Source of the DNA: Trichosphaerium sp. ATCC 40318
Lineage: Eukaryota > Protista > Tubulinea
Assembly (NCBI GenBank): GCA_038496445.1
Contig: JALMLS010000424.1
Span: 1-64,000 of the forward strand
Direction: 5' to 3'
Length of the DNA stretch: 64,000 nucleotides
Below the pieces are notes generated by a model, which was given only the letters and a program-made list of their open reading frames with translations, had not been told where the DNA came from and did no database searches. Shown here in pieces: positions 13,860 through 26,875 of the stretch. The first letter of the stretch is position 1; each line of letters starts with the position of its first letter. The position numbers and the translations under genes were made by a program.

Positions 13860-15706
13860 TTACACGAGTGAGTACACAGCAAAGAATAGCATTTCCGAGT
13901 ATGTGTAAGAAGATACATTGAACCCAGGATCATTAACCTTAAAGCTATCTGATGCTTCATCATATCCAGTAATAAGTACCCAATGTTCTCCATTTCTTAC
14001 GTTTACAATAGTACCAATATTGCAATCCTTTTACAAAAACCAGTCAGTCCTGAAGAGCTGTCACGTGATTGTACCTTGGATAAGTTTATCAAGTCATTTT
14101 TGGATACATTTTCAACAAACTGTTTGATGTGCACAGGACCAAGAGCTGATACAGAGTCCCTTATGAAGAGTTAAATAAGGGAGACTAAACATTTAAAACT
14201 TAATTAAGTCGTACCAAATAACTAAGTCATCAGAAGCATAGCCTCCATTATTTGTTAACCAAGTATTCAAAGATCCTATTTAGCAAAACTTAATCGCGAA
14301 AAAAGGTGGACGATTTCGTACCTGGATTGGCAAGACTGCCGTTAATGTTCACACCACTTGACGCCAATAACATTGCAATATCAGTAACTGCACATCCTGA
14401 GCTACATAGCGTATTTTTGGGAGATCTACCCAAAGGATCACTAGCACAATACGTCAGAGAGAACTTCAAAAAATGAAAAAAAAAAACCCAGTAAAGTCGG
14501 ATGTTGTTTTAACGTACTATTTCCATTGTGGGTTGCATTGACTGTAGTAGTGGAAATCGCAAGTTGGAGTAACTGGGTCTAACCCATCCAAATAGTTTAA
14601 GTCGACCTAATCAGAGAGTTTAGAGTGTATGCTGTAAAACTTCATAAAAAAATACCAACATACACCGCTATTGCACAAGTTTGTAGTTCCCTTGTATTGC
14701 TTGATTGTAGGATCAGTCCAACCACCTTCCATTGTATAAGCCAACTGAAAATACTAACTATACCATACCAAATGCTTGGCAGTCGTAGTCATCGAAACTT
14801 GCAACTCCATCATAGTGAGCATACCTATTTTTTTTTAAACATTTCGTACTAGCCTACTAAAAACGTACCATAACAAAGTGTCGTTGTAAGCATCGAATCC
14901 ATCTCCAAAAATAGGATACCACGTGTACCTTGTTTTAGAATATAAATAAAAGAGAAACAAATGAGAAACGATCGAAATCACTTATTCTAGGAGGTTATAT
15001 TCTAATTTCTTACCTGGCTGAGTATATGCCCCAAGTATGTCCAGAATCTATGGCACCTGCAACAAGAGACTTCATAAATTCCCTATTATCAGAAACAGAT
15101 GAATGCCAATATTGAGTTCCTTCAATATCAAGCCAAATCTAACAAAAGTTGGTAAGTTTCCAAATTCGATGATGCGGCAAATACAAAAAAGGAAAAGTCT
15201 TGGACAGTTTTTGTCTCTGTCAAGAAAAAAGGGTTACCACTTACAGTACTATACGTTGCATTGAATCCTTCCAAGTATGAGACCATGTCTGACACTTGAG
15301 AATAACCTGTTGTTCCACAAGTAGGGCAAGGGAAAACTTCCCAAAAGTCAGACTTTTGCATCAAAAAAACGCGCGGAGTTTGGTAAATTATCATCTCTCC
15401 AGAAAAAGGCTTTCGAGATTTCGTACCGTATACATCGATGTCTTTTATACCCGCATCTCTTGCGTTATATATCGTGTGCGGTGCAACTGGATCTGGCTGT
15501 CCAACAGATTGGTAGCCCTAGAGTAAGTTTAAGGCTAAAACTATCACGAAATAGCGACATACACGTATAATAGCGTAATCGTAGCCTGCTGCTTTGATAC
15601 ATCTCCAAGCAGTAATATCTATCGACGATGACACGTCTACAGCTTTACGTGCGTACGTTACACCAAGAAGCAGCAAAAGAAAAGCAAATGCGTTCCCTTT
15701 AAGCAT
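13860..15706 (-). CDS. Secreted GH25-type lysozyme fused to a peptidase C39-like domain
   Basis: Signal peptide MLKGNAFAFLLLLLGVTYA. GH25 motifs AVDVSS, YDYAIIR/GYQSVGQPDP, FPCPTCG, WLDIEG. C39-like motifs YYSQCNPQW, TLCSSGCAVTDIAM, WVLITGYD, VNDPGF. Confidence 0.8.
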
Positions 15707-15860
15707 TTTTAATTGCAAACCGCGTTTTACAAAGATTGACTAACTTTTTTTTGACCGTTTTTCTTCCAACATTAAAAAATTTTGTTTACATTCTTTATTT
15801 ACATTTACACTACGTCCTCACCTCATAGAGAAGTATGTACAAAAAAGAGGTGGGGTTATT

Positions 15861-17272
15861 TTAAGGCACCCAGCATGCTCTTCCGTTGGTTTCTAAAGTA
15901 GTACTAATGATATCTTCGAAACCTTCCCACTGCAAAAAAAAAAAGTGAGAAAAAAAAGTTGTGATAAGTTCGTTATAGTCGTGTACCCCGACTTGATTGC
16001 GTGCTAGTGGTTTTGTATATATAGATTTCGAAAGGTAGCCCATGTTGTAGAACGTAAGCTTGCTGTTAAAAAGCGCAATGAGTTACAAGAAGGAGTGTAC
16101 AAGAACAAAAACTTACCGTGATCCAATCCAACCTCTAGCCAGTAGACGAGATAACAGAGATGTCTCTAGAATCTAGAACCATATTAAATCATAATAGTAT
16201 TATACACATCTTACTGCTCTAGATGCTTCCGAAGACGGCACAGAAAACGTGTTTTTCATAGTTGAATCTGCAACTGTAAATCTTACCTATTGGGCTTTTT
16301 AGTTTCAAAAATAAAGACAAAAAACACTTTACCATGCCATCACTTTCGTCTTCAATACTGACACGTGTTTTATTCTGCATATCAGGGCAATACTAAGAGA
16401 TGTTATATTGAAATAAACGCGACTGACAGCCCAGCAAAGAAGAGAACACCCAATAAGCATGACTTACTTGAGGTATTTGTCCATGCACAGTAACAATTAT
16501 ATCAGCTACAGTGTATACAATGCCATCGATTGGCGCAGTCCAAGCTGCACCTACAGTTTGAAGTAGGGATAATTTTATAATCTTGTCATTGCCCACACGA
16601 ACAAAGACGCCATCAAATACATCCTTCAAAAAAAAACTTAGAATAGAATTTTCTATGCACAAAGAACTCATAACAGGTTTCTGTAACGCGCTTGGGTCCT
16701 TCAAACCTAACAAGGTTGCGTACAAGTACTGGCGCCTTATCTGGTCTATCTTTCAAAGGCTCTGTAAATAATGTGGTGAAGTCTGGGTATGATAAGAACT
16801 ACGCGTGTTAAGTGGAATTAGATGTGTTTTAGCGCGTACCTCCGTTGTTGAGGAACCAATCGTTGAAATTGAAAATAACGGCGCTGTATTTACTTTAATA
16901 TAGTTCTAGGTTCATTAGGTTTCTATTACGTGCGTTTTACGCTCCATACCTCATACCATGTCAATTTGTTAAACGGCTTTTTCATTATACGTAACCTTTG
17001 ATTTACTAAGCGCTTGTTGGTGTTAGCAATAGATTATTGTAGCATGATGTACTAGGCACCTGCCAATAAAGCTGATGTTCTTTTCCACGCTTGTTTAAGG
17101 TGCCACATACAGCCACTAGTTGTTTTGAGCATTCTCATAACAGTTATTTCTACGTACTGACATTTAGCACTTCTCGTACAGTTAAGCTATCAAGCAACAG
17201 CCTGACCATGTCGCTGGGTAATGAAAGAACTGTAATTGTGCCTGGATTGCTCCCTACTGTACCATTAATCAT
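15861..17272 (-). CDS. Putative F-box protein, unknown function (spliced)
   Basis: N-terminal ITVLSLPSDMVRLLLDSLTVREVLNVS resembles an F-box; downstream exon-like segments are bounded by GT/AG. Confidence 0.45.
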
Positions 17273-17409
17273 AATACCGACTGTATGTGCGTTGTACCGC
17301 CGTTGCCCATTGAACTAGCCTAAATACAATTGTATGCTTCATGAACTTAACGCAACTTGGGTTTAAGGAGCTCCAACGCTGACTGTTAGCTCTTCAAATA
17401 CCTCAAGCA

Positions 17410-18284
17410 ATGTCTCTCCGCGTATTTTTTGGTACTACACGCCATACTTATTTGCACGTTAACGGTTTTACACAGTAAGACACGGACAGTGTACAATGAA
17501 CTTACAAATTGGAAGTATCATTGGTGGGCAGCAAAATGAGTCTCCTCTAACAGATTTGGGCAGAAATCAAGCAAAAGCAACTGGTACTGCACTGAAATAC
17601 ATCACACCTTTGCTGACTCATTAAAGGTGTATGTTTTAAAAAGTCTGGCGTAAAATTTAACGCTGTATACGCTTCTACTGCTGTTCGCGCCACAGACACT
17701 GCAAAAATCATCATAAACGAGATGGGAGGTAATGAATCTGATATACAGTTCCGCTCCGATATTCTAGAACTCTCTCAAGGTACCCCAAATGACTTGACAA
17801 CTGAATGCTGAATTGACACTTTTGCAGGTGACTGGGAAGGCAAGGACCGCAACAAATACCACACACCTGAAGTCAAGGCACAGATGGAGAAACAAGGATG
17901 GGAGTTCTCAGGTAAAAGAGTCAGCAAATCATCTGAGTTGACATGCGTTCAATGAAAAAAATGACTGGACATTTACTGACACATTGTTTTATAGCACCAA
18001 ATGGTGAATCCATAAAACAAGTAGCAGACCGCTTTTCAGCGTTTCTGAAGAAGGAGGTTATCACTAAATGTCCTCCTGCTGGCGAGAAGAAAGACGTTCT
18101 CGTAGTATCGCATGGTTTGGCCTTAAGAGGACTTTTCCATTCTTTATTCGGATTGAGCAACACGTCCTTAGCATGGGCATGGCAGCTTGATAATTGTGGT
18201 GTATGTGAACTACGCTACTTGGGCGATAAACAAGCTTGGGTACTTAACAAGTGGAATTACACGCCATACGACACAATTTCATGA
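17410..18284 (+). CDS. Histidine phosphatase / phosphoglycerate mutase family protein
   Basis: VRHGQ, SPLTDLGRNQA, ELSQGDWEGK, APNGES, VLVVSHG. Confidence 0.92.
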
Positions 18285-18348
18285 AACAAAGCAACAACAA
18301 TAAAAAAAACGTTAAGTCTTGTTTACACTGTAGTTCGCGCCCGTTGTC

Positions 18349-19001
18349 ATGGAGCAAGTTATTGATGGTGTTGATACTGCAAATATACCTGTAGTATCTG
18401 TACCAGATCTAGAAAAACAAGAATGGGCGCGAAGAATGAGAATAAAGTTCTCTCCTAAAGATATGGTTGATGAAAAAGGCCAATTTAAGCCTGAGTATCC
18501 TTTACATAGAGACTATTGCGTATTTATGGTATTTTCTTAACGAATTAGATACTTTAAGCCAAACCCGTTTTCTGTTGAAGAACGCAAATGGACAAACGTA
18601 GAGAAGGATCATCTCATATCTGGTATCGCGAAATATGGTATAGGCAACTGGAATGACATACGCGCGGAATTCTTGCCTCTATGGGTTCGTAAACGCATAA
18701 AAACACTAGCATAATCACAATTTAGACACCTGCTGAGCTGCGCGTTAAAACTCAGAGGCTTATTGGCAAACAAAGTCTGAAATGGTTAGAAGCGCCTCGA
18801 AAAGTTACTAGACGCATAATTTATAATAGGTACATCGATCAGAGGTGGAAAGGCAAAAAATGGCACATTGGCAACGAATTTCGGTTAAACAAAGCTTTGG
18901 GCACTGAAACAGGATGCTGGAAAAACGGTATGCTCGTCAAGGATGGCGAAGGTGTAGTAGAAAGAATGTTCCTTGAGAAAAGAGATAAATCAAAAAAATA
19001 G
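18349..19001 (+). CDS. Myb/SANT-like domain protein (spliced)
   Basis: RKWTNVEKDHLISGIAKYGIGNWNDIRAEFLP...ELRVKTQRL. Confidence 0.75.
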
Positions 19002-19536
19002 AAATGCCACTCAGTGTACAGCGTTTCTATCACTTGTACATTTAAGTTTATCAATATTTTGTAGTGTAGCGTATTGTTATCATTCAATGCCGGACTGTTT
19101 TTGCCCTCTCTTGCAACTCTGAATTTATCACGTGACGGACAGGTTATTTTTATCACGTGTAAAAACTTGCTAAGAGGTATTTTTTTGTTCTCTTGTTGAG
19201 GCTATAAGACCATTTAATTGAATGTAAACACAAATTAGTATTTGACTTCGAGGAGTTCAGTGTAAAACGTGATGACAAACATTTCAACGAAGAAAGTATT
19301 GCGCTATTTATTGTAGTTTACCAAAAGAAAAGCGAAAGCTAGCTCTGTTGAGCTACAGGTACATTACCAGACTTGTTAAGTTTTTGTGTCGTTTTTTTTT
19401 CCGTCTTTCAAAAATCACTTGTGAACAACATCAACAAGGTAAGCACCAATGAAAATCCTCCATACAAACCTTTTATTACCAACCTTCACTAACGGATTGT
19501 TTCTACAGCGAAAAACAATACAGAAAGAAAAAAACA

Positions 19537-20969
19537 ATGTCGGTTCAACAGAGACAAGCTTATAACGCTGCTAAAGCAGAATCTATAAGGTACATAAACA
19601 ATACTGCGTTATTTGAGTAAAAAAATCCTAAAAACGTGACTAGAAACGCTCAAGGTGATGTATTGAGTGGTGATGCTCCACAGAAGTTCAGAGCGCCTGA
19701 TCCAGAGGTACAACTAATCCTTGTTTAGTTACAAAGATTGTCGGTTAACATGAGCCATTTTAGAGTATAAGGAACGCTCAAGGAGACGTAATAAGTAACA
19801 GCCAACCAAACAAATTCAGAGCTCCTGATCCAGAGGTAGCGAACGGTTTTTTTTTTGGTTTTTTTTGGGTGTTCTTCGATTCCCTCGGCTAACTAGTTTT
19901 CAGAGTATTCGTAACGCTCAAGGAGATGTAGTTAGTAACAGCCAACCGAACAGGTTCAGAGCACCTGACCCGGAGGTAATAAAACGTGCTTAATGCGCTT
20001 TACCTCAACACTATACACGTGCCTAGATGCTAACAAAAAAAAAATTGATAGAGTATTCGTAACGCTCAAGGAGATGTCGTAAGTAACAGCCAACCAAATA
20101 AGTTCAGGGCCCCTGATCCAGAGGTATTAACTAGATACCTGTAATTAATAATCTAACAAACGTAGAGTATTAGAAACGCTCAAGGAGACGTAGTTAGTAA
20201 CAGTCAACCGAATAAGTTCAGAGCGCCAGATCCAGAGGTAATAAAATACTATCACGTGTTTTAACTAGCGTAAACTGATTTTTGTTTGAAAAGAGTATAA
20301 GAAACGCCCAAAACAGTGTATTGAGTGGTGATGCTCCTCAAAAGTTTAGAGCGCCTGATCCAGAGGTACAACTAATCCTTGTTCAGCTACAAAGATTGTC
20401 GATTAACATGAGTCACTTTAGAGTATAAGGAACGCTCAAGGAGACGTAATAAGTAACAGCCAACCAAACAAATTCAGAGCTCCTGATCCAGAGGTATGAC
20501 TTGATGAGCTTAGTAACTTTTCTAATTCAAAAATTGACAGAGTATTCGCAACCAACAAGGTCACGTTCTAAGTGGAGATGCTCCACAAAAATTCGTTGCT
20601 CCTGATCCAGAGGTGAGTATATTATATTAGGTGTTGTATTAAGCGTGATAATGTAGAAAATAAGAAGTCAACAAGGCCATGTGTTGAGTGGAGATGCTCC
20701 ACAAAAGTTTGTTGCTCCTGATCCTGAGGTACGAAAGAAACTCCTTCCAGAGATTCCAAATGTCAACAACGTATACTAAATTATAGCTTAGAGTATAAGA
20801 AATCAACAAGGTCACGTGATAAGTAACGAGAGACCTGAGAAACCAACTTATGATCTGAATGTAAGTTTTTGAATGACAAATTCTGTTTTTTCTTACAATG
20901 CTATAGGAGATTAGAGGTACTACCAACAGTACACCACCAAAGAAAAAGTCTGGATTCCGTAAAAAGTAA
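19537..20969 (+). CDS. Repeat protein built from ten ~24-aa units (SIRNAQGDVISNSQPNKFRAPDPE-like), mostly one unit per 72-nt exon
   Basis: 72-nt exons at 19764, 19904, 20052, 20166, 20294, 20422, 20541 and 20657, each flanked by AG and GT. One split unit (19644-19707) and one 69-nt unit (20792-20860). Stop TAA 20967-20969. Confidence 0.85.
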
Positions 20970-21359
20970 ACAAGGATGCAGTTCAACTCGCTAATCATCG
21001 AAGAAATCCAATAAAGAATTGGAAGCTCAAAAACGCTAAAATAAAAGTATTCGCTTTTGCAAGAGCAAAACACGTGATTATTTCCCTTTTTTGCTTTCTA
21101 AAATTTATGCTTGTATTTTTTTTTATTATTATTAGACTAGAATACACATAATTAAACACACGCGGTGCTCAATAAATAACCATCCATGGCACTTTAAATT
21201 TTATCAACCAAAGAATTTTTTTGATAAAAAGCAAGGCGTGATAACGTGTTAGCACAAGGAGTCATATCCCCAAAATGCTGATTTTAATATACTCTTTTAA
21301 TTCTAGTAGTCATACTTGGAGTGTTTTAGTAACGCAACAACAACCTTAAAGAGGAAATG

Positions 21360-23190
21360 TCAATCAAAGAACTGACTAACAATCAAACTATAAAAAAAAA
21401 TCGTACTGTGATATCATCAACTTTTCCGCCTTTCCAAGACTGTTTCATTACTTGCGCGAACCTAAATAAACCAATTAGAAACATGACAAAAACCATTTGA
21501 TTTACCTCTTTCCGAAAGGTGTCGCGTTCTTCCGCTTAGCAGTACGTACTACTCTGTAAGCTTCATCAGCGAGATATTTTGCTATTTTCCCTGGTGCTCG
21601 TGGTTCAGAGATGTAGCTTCGTAGTAGTTTCTGGAAAATATCGTCTTCACTGATATTATCCTACACGTGACAATGTAAGCCACTTTGGTTGGTAACAAAA
21701 AAAGTTGGTAGCCACATAAAAAGCAAAAGGAAATAAATCATCTAAAACTGGTGGCTTTTCCAAAATATTGTGAAAAAAATTACCCAGAGGCCATCTGAAC
21801 CGATGAGTATAATATCATCCGGTAGAACAGGTACGCTTGCTTGCGCAGCATGTGTTCTTGGAGTCATTTCTCTGTTTATACTATTTATCTAGTACAACGA
21901 AACATAAGTACATCTTGCTTAGACGAAAAAAAAACAAGGGCAAACGTCCTGTACCTGATATGGCGCATTAAAATACCATTCTTGACCGTGACTAACAAAC
22001 ATCGTTTCTATCCATCTATCTTTAGGACGAAGAACAGCAATCTAACGCATTTAATACGACAACAAAAAGTTTTGGTGATATTTTTGCTTTTTTGTTACAA
22101 ACATACTTGTGAATCGCCCAGATACGCCATATTTACTTGACCAGGACCTACTACAGCAACAGTTGCTGTACTACCTATACAACATTTAAAAAAAACCCTA
22201 AAATAACAACATAACACGTGATTAAATTTTGTACTTACCTCCTAGATATTTCTTCCCTTGAGCGTAGTCTATTTAGAGGTAAGAACTGTTAGTTTTTTTC
22301 GATAAGAATTTGTAGTATTCAAAAACGGACTCACCGTACGCTATCTCCAAAAGAGAAAGTGGGTCTTTATTCCCTCCTTCGTATGCCTTGCCGACAGCCT
22401 AAAAGATATCACATAAAGTTTTTACTGACTAGATACCGACCTCTACAAGAGCCAAGGCATACTGTCTTGAATGAATTAATTGCTCATCACCAAGACCAAC
22501 AAGAGAGTTAGATTTATTTTTGGGTTGTGCACTTACCATCAAATACAGCGATGCACTTATGATCCTAAAATATCAATATAAGCAAACTATGACGCGTCAA
22601 GCGTCTAAACAGCTCACAAACAAGCAATGTCTGACTCTTTTTTTTCATACCTTTGAAATAAAATAAGCATCTTCGCAACCTTCATCTCCTTTCTCTATCA
22701 CGTGCGTTAAAAAAAAAAAAAACGTTTTTGGTTTTGTCTTCCTAAATAAATTAAATTAAACGTATACCTGGATCGGGTATAATATAACCGCCCGCAGTAA
22801 CTGCTAATGAAGGGATTTTTAAGCTTTTGGCTTTCCGAGCTCTTGTTGTTTTAAAAGCCTGTGTCATTCGATTCTTCCTCCTCTTTGTATAGTGGATTTC
22901 CTCATCGCTGTGGTTAGCACCTAACACGTGATTAACGATAACTCTTTTACGGGGATCTTGTAAACGTTTAAATAAGGTTCAAAAGCATCCATTGATACTG
23001 ACAATAACCCCGTGAGCAGCGCTAGCTGCAGTTGATTCGAAATAAAAAAAGTACTAACCAGACTTTGCTTTTTTATGTTTAGACCTCTTCTTGTCTTTTC
23101 TACTCTTCTTACTCTTTCTACCACTAGAGGCCTCTGTAATAACTAATTAATTACGGCAGTAATGACAACAAACGTGCCAATTTCGGCCAT
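21360..23190 (-). CDS. PP2C-family phosphatase (PTC7-like), spliced; ends approximate
   Basis: GCEDAY, IAVFDG, SSTATVAVV, AYLGDS, DDIILIGSDGLWDNISEDDI, GGKVDDIT. Confidence 0.85.
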
Positions 23191-24593
23191 GCTTTTGACT
23201 TGTCTTTATATTGATAAATTAGAGCTCTGTCAAAGAACGGAAATAAGTCAAGCGGATTTCTGGCGTAATTTCAAAAATGCGTGGTCGGGCAGGAAACACA
23301 ACTACCCCAAAAGCAACGTCACCTTTGAACTGAGCGATAGAACGCTTATAGACCTATTGACACGTTCTTTTTAATGAGTTAAGCTTTGTACATATACCAT
23401 GGTTGATTTTGGGACCGTGCCGGTTCGTTTTTCAGGTGCTTTCAGCGTCTAGGCACGTGATATAATGGATAACGAGTACCAAAAGGGTTTTTTCTTCTTT
23501 CATTTGTTTAAACCAACTTACGTAACGCTACACTACTATTGTACCGTAAACAAGAACAATAGATGCTTGTGGGCATGGTTAATTCAAGCGTAGAAGGTAG
23601 TACTAACGCGTTTATGTTTTCACTGACAAAGCGTGCTTTGCGCATAGTTTTCTATTGATTATGTCTCTGGACCGCATCTAGTTGAGATCCAACAAAACAA
23701 AGCTATGTTGTCCTACGTTTTCAGCCTATTCAAAGAGGTTGAAGGCTTCAACTTTTACAGCTGTAGTTGCTAGCTTCCTCTACATTAAAGTTGAAAACTT
23801 GGGTGCAACTCTGAGGTAAGTCACAATTAGCCTTGCGCTAAGCTGTATCATTAAACACTAAGCATCAAGCCTTGGGCTCTGTTTCAGACAGCATAGATCT
23901 AGACTCAAACTAATATAGTTTACACGAGTTGATACAATTTTTAAGTATCATTCTCGTGTACAATGTGCGTTGCCACGATCCTTAAAAGATTAAGGCTATC
24001 CTTTACAACGAATCTGAGTATGTCTGATTTTTTTCCTATTCGCTCTTTTAAAGATCAATTGGGTTTGCTGTACACACAATCGCGTTTACACTCATATTGG
24101 TGGAGGTATTTCCTGTATGTTGGTAAATCATTCACCTTAGTAACCTTTGTTTAAGTTCATTGCACAATCAGATAAGGTGCTTATGTTATTCGTTCATTGT
24201 GCTTTATCTCGTACCTTTAATCACTGTTCTTGCCATATTACTCCCAAAGGTAGTATGTTATACGTGGTGGTATATGACGTCTGGCTTCACATCAACAAAG
24301 TCAACAGTGTCCAAGCAATCAGATACTACTGACCATCTGTAGTGGAGACTGAAGTAAAGGAGGAAGAAAGTAAGATAATGATTTCATATCTTAGGATGTG
24401 AAACTAGTGCAAAAGTAATATCTGCTGCTCCATTAAGTAACGAAAAATAAACATTATCAAACAACTAAAAGAGGATGCCAGTTTATTTTGTGCAATCTGT
24501 TACAAGCGCGAAAATAGAAACACTACAAGGCAAAGCACAGTGATTAGGTTTATTACTGAACCAAAGAATAAACCTAAAGACCTACAGCCAGTG

Positions 24594-24940
24594 TTAGTAG
24601 CATATACGATATGATAATGTGCACATTTTTTTCCTTAACTCAGACTTCTTGACATTACATAAATAAAATCCAAGTAGTGCACAACAAGCACCCAGCAAAC
24701 CCAATATTAACTCTACTATAAACCCAATCATAAAGTATGCATCACAAAACCACCTGAATCCCTTTGCAATCATCATCCCACACAACTCCAGTTGTGATGG
24801 TGGCTTTGTTAATGGTTTATTATATGGTACTGCTCTAGAAAAATCAGCTGGTGGGACAGTGGGATAAGTCTGTTCAACAATTGGAGTTGATATTGTATTG
24901 TAAGTTTTTGGTATAATGACCTCCTGTTCAATAGTAATCG
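24594..24940 (-). CDS. Small hypothetical membrane protein (Pro/Thr-rich stretch followed by a TM/Cys-rich helix); start unclear
   Basis: Open frame ...TPIVEQTYPTVPPADFSRAVPYNKPLTKPP...FMIGFIVELILGLLGACCALLGFYLC. Confidence 0.35.
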
Positions 24941-25281
24941 TAGTCCTCTATAAAATGTTAATGTGGTTACCATGTGAAGAAATTTGTGATGCTTGACCCA
25001 ATACAATATTATGTACATCGATTGTTATTTGGGTTTGCACTACTTTTTGCAAAATCGATAAGATGATTGACTAAAAAATGAGCTGTTACAAAAATTTTTT
25101 TTACAAAAGGCCACCAAAAGAACGGATTTCAAAGAAATATAACATGTTGCCTGAAATGTAGTGCAAACCCCATTCTGTTTTTTCCCATGTTTCGTAACGC
25201 TACACTGATGGAGTTTTCTAAAACGACATGCACTGTTTGTAGTAGAAACAATAATGCAGATAGCACGTGATCAAATTAAGT

Positions 25282-26317
25282 CAGGGCTGAAACTCAACAA
25301 GGCATTTTTGGACAATGCCTAGGCATTTTCATCAAATAATGCCTTATTTTTTACAAAAATGCCTAGTTTTTGCCTCATTCAAAAAGGCAAATACAAGGCA
25401 ATGCCTTATTTTTTGCTCCAAAAATGCCTTATATTTGATAAAAAATGCTTGCATCTGGTACACAAGATTGCAATGGTTTTGCCTGCATATTTTAAGGAAT
25501 TATGCCTTCAAATTAGGGCATAACTCATGCATCAATGCCTTATTTTGAAGGCAAAAAGAAAGCATTGTCATAGTCTACAGTGCCTAATAAACCAGGGCAT
25601 TTTCAGGTAATAACACAACTATTTATTTTATAATACAGTACACATACAATACACAAAACTCCTAAGTCCACATTTGAAAAAACCTTAAAGAAAATATGAG
25701 ATGGTGTAGAAAAAAAAAAAAAAAAACTTACCTTGTAGTGTTAGAATTCCGCGGTCCTGGAAATATCGCGGAGTTCACTCCTACTACTATTGTAGGTGAT
25801 ATAGGGTGCTGCGGTTCGTTTGGCAGTGGTTTCGTCTAATTTCATGAATTACTAAGAGCGCTAGATGCCTATCTATATAAAACGTCAGTAGGTGATGTGA
25901 AAAAAAAAGTGTAAAAGTTGTTTGACTGTTACTTACCTTAAACCACTTCCTTAATGTGATCAGTCCTATGATATAGTATAGGCAATGCCTTATATATCAA
26001 TTAAAATACAAGGCATATATTGCTTAAAAAAATAAGGCATAATAAAGGCATAAAGTACTTGCAATACAGGGCATTACTTGATTTTATGCAATGCCAAAAA
26101 ATGCAATACAAGGCATTACCTGATTTTATGCAATGCCAAAAGATGCCCAAAAATGCCTGGTATTAATGCCTTTTTGATGAAGGCATTGCCTTTTTGTAAA
26201 AATGCCTTATTTTATTGGGCATTGCCAAATGCAAATGCCTTGATTTTGCCATCTGATGCCAAATGTTAGAAATATGCATCATTTTTTAAGGCAATGCCTA
26301 GCTGAGTTTCAGCCCTG
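25282..26317 (+). mobile_element. Non-autonomous TIR element family A, copy 1 (1036 bp)
   Basis: 15-bp TIR CAGGGCTGAAACTCA...TGAGTTTCAGCCCTG; flanked by GT on both sides (2-bp TSD); dense GGCATT/AATGCC subterminal repeats; near-identical to copies at 30605 and 42856. Confidence 0.93.
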
Positions 26318-26875
26318 GTTTAGAATTTTATACGTACGTATACTGCCATGGATATATTCGCCTTTTATTCGCTTAGCTTGGAGGAAGTCTGCAAAGTGCT
26401 AATTTTGTTATTTTTGTTGGTGTAAACAGATTGACTAGGACGTTTTTTTGGTCACTATCTTGTCATGATTGGTAGCATTTTGGTAAAGCCAACATGGCGC
26501 TAAAGCGCAAAGTATGTGAGCTTAAACAATTGGGACTAACAACATCTGTTAGTTGATTAGAGGTACAAAAGACTGTAGTATTCTGGAGCAGATTCCCGTT
26601 GAGCTTCAGCTTATTATTACAGAGCTAGACGCTGATATTTATATTCTATGGCCTTTACTATCAAAACAAACATCACAAACACGATTTAATTACAACCTTG
26701 ACAAACACGGAAAGTGGCTATGTTATAGCTATTACAGAGGCATGTACAAAAAATACCAGGAAACGTGGTATTGTGGTAAACTACATGGAGCTTTTAAACA
26801 ATACTACAAAAGTGGCAAACTGTCAGAGCTTAGTCATTATGTTGATGGTGTCCTTGAAGGGGAGCTCAGTAGATA

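Noticed and set aside
19644-20860. CRISPR-like array (conserved repeats with unique spacers)
   Set aside because: The repeats are 72 nt with codon-type variation, every spacer starts GT and ends AG (introns), the context is eukaryotic, and no cas genes are present.
20639-21073. 144-aa minus-strand ORF
   Set aside because: Antisense shadow of the tandem-exon gene.
23563-24375. Possible multi-TM membrane protein gene
   Set aside because: Hydrophobic fragments occur in several frames, but I could not build a consistent spliced model.
25315-26269. ORFs inside family A copies (also 30638-31535 and 42904-43858)
   Set aside because: By-products of AATGCC repeat arrays with no protein-like features.
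25282-26317. hAT-superfamily assignment for family A
   Set aside because: The TIR resembles Ac, but none of the three copies has an 8-bp TSD; all have 2-bp duplications.
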